Translations under genes and position numbers: made by a program | DNA from: Candidatus Methanoperedens sp. | Lineage (GTDB): Archaea > Halobacteriota > Methanosarcinia > Methanosarcinales > Methanoperedenaceae | DNA: 32,000 nt | Assembly (NCBI GenBank): GCA_041494705.1 | Contig: JBGQBI010000005.1 | Coordinates: forward strand, 150,001 to 182,000 | Direction: 5' to 3' | Shown here: positions 1-8,104 of the stretch, one piece after another | How positions within the stretch are numbered: position 1 is the first letter of the stretch | Layout of the letters: each line of letters begins with the position of its first letter | Notes under the pieces: generated by a model | Seen by the model: the letters and a program-made list of their open reading frames with translations, nothing else | What the model was told of the DNA's origin: nothing | Databases searched by the model: none

Positions 1-854
1 GCGCAGAACTCCCAGGGTATGCCGTCCATATCTTTTATATCACTTTCTTTCAGCACTTCAAACCCGATACTTTCCACCAATTTACGCAATTTTTCGCGCT
101 GCTCGCTTTTCATCGATTTCCTGTCAAAATAAGCAAAATCCGCTTTTGATTTCATAAACGCCTGGCGTACCATATCCTCATCCAGTACATCGAGTGCGTG
201 GGACGGGAATATATGCCCGAATGCGATATCGCAAGACTGGATGAGCGCTGTCTGCCTCGGGGCATAATGCGTTCCCCCGAAACCCACAGCTACCGGCGAG
301 TCGTCTTCTTTTAGCATCAGGATTGCATTTGCAACCAGCCTGCCTGCAATTTCATCGGTCCACTGGGATTCGCCGCTCCCTATTTCAATGAAGACTGAAG
401 GCACGTCGATATCCGTTGGGCCGTGGTGAGTGCATTCAAGAGTAACTTCATATTCCTCATTTTCAGCCAGTATTTTAAGGGAACGGAGTAAAGAGCGCAC
501 AGCCTGCGGCGCTGCAATTGCAAGTTCCTTCGGGCTTCCTCCGAAAACGGCTTCATTAACATTCCCTGTGGAATGGACTGTAAGAATAGCCCGCCCATCT
601 TTGCTCCTGTGTTTTGATGCAAAGATTATAAGGGATGCCGGAAAACCCCATGCAATTAATTTTTTATCAATCCCATTCTGGTGAATGAGGGATTCGCTTA
701 TTTCAACAATCCTGAAATCCTTGTACTCAAGGGCTGTACAATCAGAATCGGATATAGCCTGCCATTTCCTGCTATTCAGGAGATTGTTTTTAATATTCTG
801 GCTTGCCCTGTCCAGAGTTGAGCAAATTATTGTGACTTTTATTTCACCTTTCAA
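1..854 (-). CDS. dtdA: D-aminoacyl-tRNA deacylase, archaeal DtdA type; C-terminus runs off the window edge
   Basis: Absent from the ORF track because there is no stop codon inside the window. Hand translation of the minus frame (codon starts at positions = 2 mod 3) gives IIFASKHRSKDGRAILTVHSTGN, ECTHHGPTDIDVPSVFIEIGSGESQW and AVGFGGTHYAPRQT. These match the motif order I recall for archaeal DtdA. The only start candidate after the upstream in-frame TGA is TTG at 854-852. Confidence 0.8.
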   Translation of the reverse strand, partial: MKGEIKVTIICSTLDRASQNIKNNLLNSRKWQAISDSDCTALEYKDFRIVEISESLIHQNGIDKKLIAWGFPASLIIFASKHRSKDGRAILTVHSTGNVNEAVFGGSPKELAIAAPQAVRSLLRSLKILAENEEYEVTLECTHHGPTDIDVPSVFIEIGSGESQWTDEIAGRLVANAILMLKEDDSPVAVGFGGTHYAPRQTALIQSCDIAFGHIFPSHALDVLDEDMVRQAFMKSKADFAYFDRKSMKSEQREKLRKLVESIGFEVLKESDIKDMDGIPWEFC

Positions 855-892
855 AACATTGCCTTCTGATACCGCCCCTGATTTAAAAAAAT

Positions 893-1156
893 TTAATCAA
901 AATCGCTGCCTGTTATCAGCTTTTTATCAACGATAGCGTAATCCTTTGCAGCCCTTACAGCTTCAAACGGTATCAATACGTAACCATTCTGTGTTTTATA
1001 TTTTGAAGTTTCAACCATTGGTGTTGGTTTGACAACCAAATATATCAAAGCTCCACTCTGGGTATCTATAACCACGTTGCTGGCAAATCCTAATTCTGAC
1101 CCGTCAGTAAGCATTACCCTCTTATTAGCTAAATTTTTTGCAAGTATTTTTGCCAT
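893..1156 (-). CDS. PRC-barrel domain protein
   Basis: 87-aa ORF. The small beta-rich sequence (VMLTDGSELGFASNVVIDTQSGALIYLVV...YVLIPFEAV) is typical of archaeal stand-alone PRC-barrel proteins. Confidence 0.65.
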   Translation of the reverse strand: MAKILAKNLANKRVMLTDGSELGFASNVVIDTQSGALIYLVVKPTPMVETSKYKTQNGYVLIPFEAVRAAKDYAIVDKKLITGSDFD

Positions 1157-1175
1157 AGTAATCTCCTATCTTTTT

Positions 1176-3398
1176 TTATCTATAACCTATATAAGACTTC
1201 TGTTCCTGTTTTGTCCCGCCTTTGAATTGTTCCTGCAGCTTCTCATAATATTCCATCATATCTTCGGCAAGCGCCGGTCTTACTTTCTTCTGTGCATCAA
1301 GGAAATGTTTCATTTCAACCTTCTCGGTATCGAAATTCTCCCTGAGCGCCAACATCACCGCTTCCCTGCACAGTGATTCTATATCAGACCCTACATAATT
1401 TTCTGTAAGGTCAGCCAGTTCTTCTATATTCACGTCATCCGAGATAGGGATATTCTTCATGTGTATCCTGAATATCCCTATCCTTCCGTCCCTTGATGGC
1501 GGTCCTACGAAAACCAGCCTGTCAAACCTTCCTGAACGGATAAGAGCCGGATCGATTATCTCGGGCCTGTTTGTTGCCGCAATCACCACAACGCTCTTTA
1601 AAACTTCAATCCCGTCAAGCTCTGTGAGCAACTGGTTGATTACGCGTTCCGATGTCCTGGAACCGAATTCCGTGCCCCGGATAGGAGCTATTGCATCAAG
1701 TTCATCAAGGAATATTATAGACGGCGCCACCTGGCGCGCCTTCTTGAACACTTCGCGTATCGCTTTTTCCGATTCCCCTACCCATTTGGACAACAACTGC
1801 GGGCCCCGGACGCTTATGAAATTCGCCTCGCTCTCGGTCGCGACTGCTTTTGCAAGGAGTGTTTTCCCGGTTCCCGGAGGGCCGTATAGAAGTATTCCCC
1901 TCGGAGGACGGATGCTCATCTTTTCAAATTTCGATGGATGATTAAGAGGCCATTCAACAGCTTCTTTTATTTCCTGCTTTGCCTCATCAAGCCCGCCCAC
2001 GTCATCCCATGCAACCTTCGGGACTTCAATCATCACTTCCCTCATTGCCGAGGGTTCAACTTCCTTGAGAGCATCTTCAAAATCATTTGCAGTGACCTGC
2101 ATGCTTTCAAGCACCTCATTCGGAACGGCTTCATCCTGTTTAATTCTGGGAAGATATCTGCGAAGTGCTTTCATTGCCGCTTCTTTTGCGAGGGCTGATA
2201 TGTCCGCTCCTACAAAACCATGCGTCCTGTCTGAGATATATTCAATCCTTACCTCATCCGAAAGCGGCATGCCCCTCGTATGTATCTGGAATATCTCCAT
2301 TCTCTCATGCCTGTCCGGCACTCCTATCTCTATCTCGCGGTCAAACCTGCCCGGGCGCCGCAGTGCCGGGTCAATGGCATCAATCCTGTTTGTGGCGCCT
2401 ATTACCACTACCTGCCCCCTCTCTTCAAGCCCGTCCATCATCGTAAGAAGCTGCGCCACAACGCGCCTTTCCACTTCTCCTGTCACTTCTTCCCTTTTTG
2501 GGGCAATAGAGTCCAGTTCATCTATGAATATAATCGACGGCGCCTCTTTATTTGCCTGCTCGAATATTTCGCGAAGCCGCTGTTCGCTTTCACCGTAATA
2601 CTTGCTCATTATCTCTGGACCCGCGATAGAGAAGAAATTCGCCCCGGATTCGTTTGCGACCGCCCTTGCGATAAGCGTTTTTCCTGTCCCAGGCGGGCCG
2701 TACATCAAAACACCTTTGGGCGGCTCTATTCCCAGTCGTTCAAATACTTCAGGGTGTTTCATGGGAAGTTCTATCATCTCACGCAAGCGCTGGATTTCAT
2801 CGGTCAGGCCGCCAATGTCCTCATAGGTTATTCCTGTCCCCGTGACCTCCAACACCACCGGTTTTTCCCTGAGTTTTATTTCAGTATTATCGGTAATTAG
2901 TATAACTCCGTCGGGTTCCGCTTCTGTCACGATAAGAGGTATCGCCTGCCCGGTTACCACCTTTCCCAGGAAAGGATGCGCCATTGTGCTCATTACAGGT
3001 ATTATATCCCCTTTAGTGACGGGGCGCTTCATTATCTGGCGTTTGACCATCTCGTCGGCTTCACCTTTGAACTGGATGGACGTGCCTTCCGAGGGTGCAA
3101 GAACTACCATCTCAGCCGGTTTTACCTCGGCTTTCTTTATTTTAATAGAGTCACCGATGCCGACTCCCGCATTTTGCCTGATAAACCCGTCAATCCGGAT
3201 AATATTCTGTTCCCAATCATTCCGGTCTGCGCGCCAGACTTTTGCAGACGTTCTTTTTTTCCCTTCGATTTCTATGATATCTCCGGGCACAAGGGATAAT
3301 ACCATTAATGTATGCGGGTCAAGACGCGCTATTCCTCTTCCTGCATCGTTCGGATATGCTTTTGCAACTGTGAGCTGGTTGTTATGCTTTTCGTCCAT
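1176..3398 (-). CDS. cdc48: CDC48/VCP-like AAA+ ATPase (N-domain plus two AAA modules)
   Basis: 740 aa. Two Walker A motifs (GPPGTGKT twice), two Walker B motifs ([16 protein letters not shown]), and an N-terminal double-psi-barrel-like region ([23 protein letters not shown]). Confidence 0.95.
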   Translation of the reverse strand: MDEKHNNQLTVAKAYPNDAGRGIARLDPHTLMVLSLVPGDIIEIEGKKRTSAKVWRADRNDWEQNIIRIDGFIRQNAGVGIGDSIKIKKAEVKPAEMVVLAPSEGTSIQFKGEADEMVKRQIMKRPVTKGDIIPVMSTMAHPFLGKVVTGQAIPLIVTEAEPDGVILITDNTEIKLREKPVVLEVTGTGITYEDIGGLTDEIQRLREMIELPMKHPEVFERLGIEPPKGVLMYGPPGTGKTLIARAVANESGANFFSIAGPEIMSKYYGESEQRLREIFEQANKEAPSIIFIDELDSIAPKREEVTGEVERRVVAQLLTMMDGLEERGQVVVIGATNRIDAIDPALRRPGRFDREIEIGVPDRHERMEIFQIHTRGMPLSDEVRIEYISDRTHGFVGADISALAKEAAMKALRRYLPRIKQDEAVPNEVLESMQVTANDFEDALKEVEPSAMREVMIEVPKVAWDDVGGLDEAKQEIKEAVEWPLNHPSKFEKMSIRPPRGILLYGPPGTGKTLLAKAVATESEANFISVRGPQLLSKWVGESEKAIREVFKKARQVAPSIIFLDELDAIAPIRGTEFGSRTSERVINQLLTELDGIEVLKSVVVIAATNRPEIIDPALIRSGRFDRLVFVGPPSRDGRIGIFRIHMKNIPISDDVNIEELADLTENYVGSDIESLCREAVMLALRENFDTEKVEMKHFLDAQKKVRPALAEDMMEYYEKLQEQFKGGTKQEQKSYIGYR

Positions 3399-3507
3399 TG
3401 TTATATCCCCTCAGATATTTTGTTTTTCTTTCAATGTGTGCATTTAAATATATGCTTGGCTACTTAATTGTATCACATGGATAAAACTGTTTGCAGGATA
3501 ACAAAGA

Positions 3508-3551
3508 ATCGGCAGACAGATTGGAATTGTAACACCCCTCAACCTGCCGAT
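3508..3551 (-). terminator. possible hairpin terminator between the YHS gene and cdc48
   Basis: Perfect 8-bp inverted repeat: ATCGGCAG (3508-3515) and CTGCCGAT (3544-3551). It lies about 60 nt downstream of the YHS stop on the minus strand and is followed there by a T-rich run. An A/T-rich TATA-like box (tttaaatatat, about 3443-3453) for cdc48 follows. Confidence 0.3.
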
Positions 3552-3612
3552 ATACCACAAAATAAATATGGTATAAATTATAAAAGGTGCAAAAATTACA
3601 ATGGCATTATAA

Positions 3613-3804
3613 CTACCAGAATTTCCACCAGGGTTTTTCCCCGCCCATACCCACAGGCCCGCTCTTTAAGTATTTTTCAGGCTCGGACTCAAACGCTTTC
3701 TTGCATCCCGGGGCGCAGAAATAATAAGTCCTGCCCTTATATTCGGTCTTATACTGTGCGGTTTTCTCATCAACCTGCATTCCACAAATCGGGTCTATCT
3801 TCAT
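3613..3804 (-). CDS. YHS/TRASH-type metal-binding domain protein
   Basis: 63 aa. DPICGMQVD...YYFCAPGCKKAFESEPEKY is the YHS-domain cysteine pattern. Confidence 0.7.
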   Translation of the reverse strand: MKIDPICGMQVDEKTAQYKTEYKGRTYYFCAPGCKKAFESEPEKYLKSGPVGMGGEKPWWKFW

Positions 3805-3984
3805 ATTATCTTCTCCTTAATTTATTTACTTGAATTACCGTGGTTTCAAAATGGACATATCAATTTATGTACTTTACGGTTAATGTAAAGTTATATCCTC
3901 AACCTGTGCAGCAATTCCGTTATCAAATGCGCAAACTAATTAAATAAGGAGATACAAAAAAGAAAATGGATAGAGAAGTGAACG

Positions 3985-4233
3985 ATGTTTATAAATGAAT
4001 TGTCTATAAATGAATTGATGCTTGTAGTATTCATAATCAACCTGCCATTTGGTTATTTGAGAAGCAATGCAGCCAGGTTCTCAAAGCAATGGATGATGGC
4101 AGTGCATATCCCGGTGCCGTTTGTGTTCTTGTTAAGGATTTTTTCAGGTTTGGGCCTGGCTGCTATACCATTGCTGGTGTTATCAGACATTGCCGGGCAA
4201 ATAGCAGGCGGAAAGCTCAGGAAGCGCATGTGA
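3985..4233 (+). CDS. small hydrophobic membrane protein, unknown function
   Basis: 82-aa ORF with two or three hydrophobic segments. No recognisable family. Confidence 0.4.
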   Translation: MFINELSINELMLVVFIINLPFGYLRSNAARFSKQWMMAVHIPVPFVFLLRIFSGLGLAAIPLLVLSDIAGQIAGGKLRKRM

Positions 4234-4326
4234 AAAGGGTTTATTAGGGCAGTTTTGAATCCATAGCAATTTAGGCTCATATTTAAATAAAACCCCTACC
4301 TAAAAGCAGAACAACAAACATCTGCG

Positions 4327-4406
4327 TCATGCTCGCCGCGAAGCATAGATACGTATGCCTGCGGGCATACGTGGACACGCCATCCAGAGGTGTGACTCGG
4401 GGCGTT
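4327..4406. repeat. GC-rich structured intergenic block with a 9-bp-stem hairpin
   Basis: ACGTATGCC (4351-4359), loop tgcg, GGCATACGT (4364-4372). The block is much more GC-rich than the surrounding intergenic DNA and is bracketed by CATCTGCG at 4319-4326 and 4407-4414. Confidence 0.4.
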
Positions 4407-4439
4407 CATCTGCGGTTTAATACTAATTGTGAGAATATT

Positions 4440-6254
4440 ATGAGCAAAATCTTCGAAATAACCCATCGCGACACAGCAGCCAAGATAGGCAAACTGGTTC
4501 TGGAAAGAGAACTTTCAACTCCTGCAATTATCCGGATTAATAAAAAAGATTGCCCCATAATCGATTCCGGCTCTCTCTGGAAAAGGACTGCGCCTCCTGA
4601 ACCTGATGCCGAAAAAATATTCATCCTCCCCCATAAATCACTGCCCCTCTATACAAGAGAGGAAATCATAAAAGAGCTTCAGGATTCGCTTGCGCAGGCG
4701 CCGCCATTTGCTCATACGGGCACCGTCATCCATCCCTTCATCCGCGAATACCCGGCATCTGACCTCTACGTCCTCGGCGCCGCAAAGCAGCTTGAAAACA
4801 GGGCGCGCGAACTCGTGGAAGCCATAATCAGGCTCAAGGAAAACACCCGCGCCGATTCGCTTCTCTATGCGCCAGCGCTTGCCACGCCCGAAAACCTTGC
4901 CATGCTTGTGTACATGGGTGTAGATATCGTTGATGAAACTTTGCCACTAATTAAAGCATACCAGGATATTTATTTGACAAACTCTGGCGAACATCACCTT
5001 GACAGGCTGCATGAATTCCCCTGCGCCTGTTCCGTATGTCTTGCGAATAACCCTGCGGAACTTCTTAAAATGCCCAAAAAAGAGCGCGCTGAATTGCTGT
5101 CTTCACATAACTCATTAAAACTTGGCGAGGAACTACGCGCTGTCCGCGAGCACATAAGGTCAGGGCATCTTCGCGAATACGTAGAGCGCCAGTGCAGAGC
5201 GCGCCCGTGGCTTACTGCGGCGCTTCGCTTAATTGATGTGCAATACGAACTTCTTGAAAAAAGAACGCCGATATTCAGGGCGGGTACGCTATATGCCAAT
5301 ACATCAGAATCGTTAAACCGGGTGGAAATCAGAAGGTTTGCAGAGCGTGTAATAGAGCGCTACTCAGCGCCTGAGCTTGATACCCTCGTGCTTCTCCCGT
5401 GTTCAGCAAAAAAACCGTATTCGATATCCCTTTCCCACCAGAAATTTCTCAATGCCCTGGGAAAGTACCGAAAATTTGTCCATGAAGTGATAATCACCTC
5501 TCCGATGGGTGTTGTCCCGCGCGAGCTTGAATTAATGTACCCTGCTGCGCATTATGATACTCCGGTAACAGGACACTGGGACCTTGAGGAAAGAGCATGG
5601 GTAGGGGGCTGCCTGCGCTCGTATCTTGAGAAGAACAAATATAAAAATATTATCGCGCATGTGCACGGCGCATACAGGGAAATATGCGAATCAGTGGAAA
5701 GCGAGCTCGGGCTTGGGTTTATCTATACAGCCGATGAAGGTGTCACTTCAAACACATCCCTTGACAAACTGAGAAATACTGTTTCAGAGCTTGAACATAC
5801 AAAAAAACGGGGAAGCGAGAAAGCAAACCTTGACATTATGCGCGCAACAGTGGATTACCAGTTCGGGTGCGGCTCCGGGGATATGCTTGTCACGGATGGC
5901 GCAAATGTCCGGGCTCCGTATCCCAAGTTCCAGTTATTCGAAGGAAAACAGCAGCTTGCAACTTTAATCCCGCAGTACGGGACGGTTGCCCTGACCGTAG
6001 AAGGTGGAATGCGGCTTCGCGGCTATCCCTTCTATAAGGTGAAAATAGGCGATTTCACTCCGCACAGCAGTATCCTTGCGCCGGGTGTGCTTGATGCTGA
6101 CCCGCAGATTCGTCCCAATGATGAGGTGATTGTTGAAGGTGAAAAGTTTTTCGGCGTGGGGCGCGCACTCATGAGCGGTTGGGAGATGAAAGGGTGCGGG
6201 AAGGGTGTTGCTGTGGAGCTGCGGCATTCAACGAAGATTGACGCTAAACATTAG
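4440..6254 (+). CDS. arcS: archaeosine synthase ArcS (TGT-like N-domain, ArcS signature motif, C-terminal PUA)
   Basis: Contains LLPCSAKKPYSISLSH, which equals the published ArcS motif PC-X3-KPY-X2-S-X2-H. The C-terminus is PUA-like (IRPNDEVIVEGEKFFGVGRALMSG). I chose the ATG at 4440 (MSKIFEITHRD) over the track start at 4329, because the 4329 extension crosses the GC-rich hairpin block. Confidence 0.85.
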   Translation: MSKIFEITHRDTAAKIGKLVLERELSTPAIIRINKKDCPIIDSGSLWKRTAPPEPDAEKIFILPHKSLPLYTREEIIKELQDSLAQAPPFAHTGTVIHPFIREYPASDLYVLGAAKQLENRARELVEAIIRLKENTRADSLLYAPALATPENLAMLVYMGVDIVDETLPLIKAYQDIYLTNSGEHHLDRLHEFPCACSVCLANNPAELLKMPKKERAELLSSHNSLKLGEELRAVREHIRSGHLREYVERQCRARPWLTAALRLIDVQYELLEKRTPIFRAGTLYANTSESLNRVEIRRFAERVIERYSAPELDTLVLLPCSAKKPYSISLSHQKFLNALGKYRKFVHEVIITSPMGVVPRELELMYPAAHYDTPVTGHWDLEERAWVGGCLRSYLEKNKYKNIIAHVHGAYREICESVESELGLGFIYTADEGVTSNTSLDKLRNTVSELEHTKKRGSEKANLDIMRATVDYQFGCGSGDMLVTDGANVRAPYPKFQLFEGKQQLATLIPQYGTVALTVEGGMRLRGYPFYKVKIGDFTPHSSILAPGVLDADPQIRPNDEVIVEGEKFFGVGRALMSGWEMKGCGKGVAVELRHSTKIDAKH

Positions 6255-6297
6255 TATTAAGCCGCTGGCTAACAACTGATAAATAAAAAAAAGACTG

Positions 6298-6318
6298 CGG
6301 GCGCCATATCAGCGCCCG
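6298..6318. terminator. GC hairpin in the convergent gap between arcS and the zinc-ribbon gene
   Basis: CGGGCGC (6298-6304), loop catatca, GCGCCCG (6312-6318), followed by ttta. Confidence 0.35.
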
Positions 6319-6328
6319 TTTATGTTAT

Positions 6329-6529
6329 TTAAAATCTCTTTGGTCTATGGTTCTGGTAGCATTCCCTGCAGTATACCGGTCTGTCACCGGATGGTTTGAA
6401 GGGTACTTCAGTTTCCTGTTTGCAGTCAGCGCATGTTGCTTTGAACATTTCTCTTGGACCCATGTGCTGATCTCTCGGACCACTTGGTCTGAAACCGCCA
6501 CTGCGTTCGCCTTTTCTTTCAAAATTCAT
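6329..6529 (-). CDS. small basic CxxC-x17-CxxC zinc-ribbon protein
   Basis: 66 aa with CADCKQETEVPFKPSGDRPVYCRECY. Confidence 0.7.
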   Translation of the reverse strand: MNFERKGERSGGFRPSGPRDQHMGPREMFKATCADCKQETEVPFKPSGDRPVYCRECYQNHRPKRF

Positions 6530-6547
6530 GTATATATCTCCGTTGAT

Positions 6548-6757
6548 CTAATTCTTCTCAGCAAGGGCTGCAATTGCAAATTTTCGCATAACCCGCTCAA
6601 TCTTTATCGTTACCTGGTCTCCGACCTTCGTACCTGGCACGAAAATCACTAAACCCTGTATATGTGCTATACCATCTCCTTCCCTTGCAATGCCATCAAT
6701 AGTTACATCGTGGACATCACCTGTTGAGACAGGAGAATTACTATCTTGTTCTAACAA
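6548..6757 (-). CDS. TRAM domain protein
   Basis: 69 aa. VHDVTIDGIAREGDGIAHIQGLVIFVPGTKVGDQVTIKIERV is a typical stand-alone archaeal TRAM sequence. TTG start. It lies 18 nt upstream of the zinc-ribbon gene, so the two are a likely pair. Confidence 0.75.
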   Translation of the reverse strand: MLEQDSNSPVSTGDVHDVTIDGIAREGDGIAHIQGLVIFVPGTKVGDQVTIKIERVMRKFAIAALAEKN

Positions 6758-6887
6758 ATTTTTACCTCTGTTTATTTATTCAATATATCTAAAAAAGCAC
6801 AAACAGATGGTCAATTCCGAAATCTATAAGTTACTAATTAGCTAACTGACAGTGAGTTAATGCACCCTGTTCATATATAAACTCTTT

Positions 6888-6896
6888 GTAAGCTGT
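6888..6896. repeat. target-site duplication, left copy (GTAAGCTGT)
   Basis: An identical 9-mer in direct orientation at 12111-12119. Each copy directly abuts a terminal inverted repeat. Confidence 0.8.
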
Positions 6897-6916
6897 GGCT
6901 TTGTTTAATAAGTGCC
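6897..6916 (+). repeat. left terminal inverted repeat (IR-L)
   Basis: See the mobile element entry. Read directly from the sequence. Confidence 0.85.
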
Positions 6917-6951
6917 TCTTGTTTAAAAAGTCGGAATTTTGTTTAAAAAGT
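6902..6951 (+). repeat. three direct copies of the 12-mer TGTTTAAwAAGT at the left end
   Basis: TGTTTAATAAGT at 6902-6913 (inside IR-L). TGTTTAAAAAGT at 6920-6931 and 6940-6951. All three are in + orientation, spaced 18 and 20 bp. Confidence 0.7.
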
Positions 6952-7027
6952 AAAAAGGTGAGTGGTTAGAATCTCTGTTAAGTGCTAAGTGGTAAATCCA
7001 ATAAATCAGGAGTTCAAAATTTTAAGG

Positions 7028-8104
7028 TTACTCAATGGAAATATTGCATTTTAAGAGTGTTTCAAGCTTTTCAGATAATTCTCGCTTTATTTGGTCTATT
7101 TTCTCATATTTCCGAGCTATTTCTTTCTGTTTTAGAACATCAAACTCTCCCTTTGGTGTAATGGGAATTTTAACGTTAATTTTGCCTACTTTTTCTTTCC
7201 CTGCGGTTTTACTCCATCTAAATCCTTGTTTTAAAAGAACATCTTGAATGGCATATCTCATATAAGATAAATCAATCTGGTCTTCATATTCGGGTTTTAA
7301 CGTCGTTGGTCTGTGATGGTCGTTAGTTGTAAATCTCGACTTATGCCAAAAAACATATCCTACAGAACCTTCCCTATTCCAAGCCAAACAATTCTCAAAA
7401 TATTTTACGTTTTTTAGATTGTCCTTAACATAACCTATTGGAATTTCCTCTTGTTTGCCACCATAAACGGGGACATCTCCTGAATGTGATTCGATAAAAC
7501 GTTTCGTTAATCCTTTAATTGAAGGCAAACAAAAAATCTCACCTATTGGGACTTCTTTGTTGTGCGTATCGCCAACATCAAAACCAACTCGTGCATTTTC
7601 AATTTCACCTTTCAACAATGTTACTTGCTCTTTAATTGAGCTGAACGCCCTATTTCGTTGGACTATTTGTTGTTGTGCTTCCCTATCAAAATCTCCATTT
7701 TTGTCTACTGGTAGTTCAATTGTTACGGTGCGCATATTTTTCAAGGAAGACCTAAGCGTCCTATCAAAGCCTAATAAGCCACTTTTTAATCTAAGTATGT
7801 ACAAAAGATACTCAGTTACTATTTTATCATTTAGAATCTTTATGACTCCGCAGTGGTCTGTTGTTGCGAATTTTTCTCCTTTTCGCATTATGTTGAACTC
7901 AAAATTCCCATCAATACCCCACATCAAATAATCATGCGAAAAATCAGTTATGTTTGATTTTTCTACATATCCGAACGGCTCAAAAACATTTGCGCTATAT
8001 GCTGGAATTTCAGCGATTGAATTAAACACTTCTTCTTTCAATATCCTTTTTCCTATTGAAAGTTCAAATAACTCTTTATCATTCAACGAGACTTCTTTTT
8101 TCAT
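7028..8104 (-). CDS. R-M specificity subunit (HsdS/BcgIB-like, two target-recognition domains)
   Basis: 358 aa with two half-repeats (...FATTDHCGVIKI... and ...FTTNDHHRPTTL...). The halves are separated and followed by helical coiled-coil spacers (QQQIVQRNRAFSSIKEQVTLLKGEIE; EIARKYEKIDQIKRELSEKLETLL). The ATGA start/stop overlap with the upstream methylase gene indicates translational coupling. Confidence 0.75.
   Translation of the reverse strand: MKKEVSLNDKELFELSIGKRILKEEVFNSIAEIPAYSANVFEPFGYVEKSNITDFSHDYLMWGIDGNFEFNIMRKGEKFATTDHCGVIKILNDKIVTEYLLYILRLKSGLLGFDRTLRSSLKNMRTVTIELPVDKNGDFDREAQQQIVQRNRAFSSIKEQVTLLKGEIENARVGFDVGDTHNKEVPIGEIFCLPSIKGLTKRFIESHSGDVPVYGGKQEEIPIGYVKDNLKNVKYFENCLAWNREGSVGYVFWHKSRFTTNDHHRPTTLKPEYEDQIDLSYMRYAIQDVLLKQGFRWSKTAGKEKVGKINVKIPITPKGEFDVLKQKEIARKYEKIDQIKRELSEKLETLLKCNISIE

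Noticed and set aside
1459-3447. Many long plus-strand ORFs (up to 206 aa) overlapping cdc48
   Set aside because: They are antisense shadows of a strongly supported 740-aa AAA+ gene. Their translations are low-complexity (S/P/I/F-rich) with no recognisable motifs.
4319-4414. Interpreting the CATCTGCG direct repeats as the TSD of a MITE
   Set aside because: I could not find terminal inverted repeats at the inner boundaries, and an 8-bp match could be chance. It is kept only as a low-interest finding.
4329-4439. The 37-codon N-terminal extension of arcS given by the ORF track
   Set aside because: The extension runs through the GC-rich hairpin block and has no ArcS-like sequence. MSKIFEITHRD at 4440 matches the expected N-terminus of the TGT-like domain.
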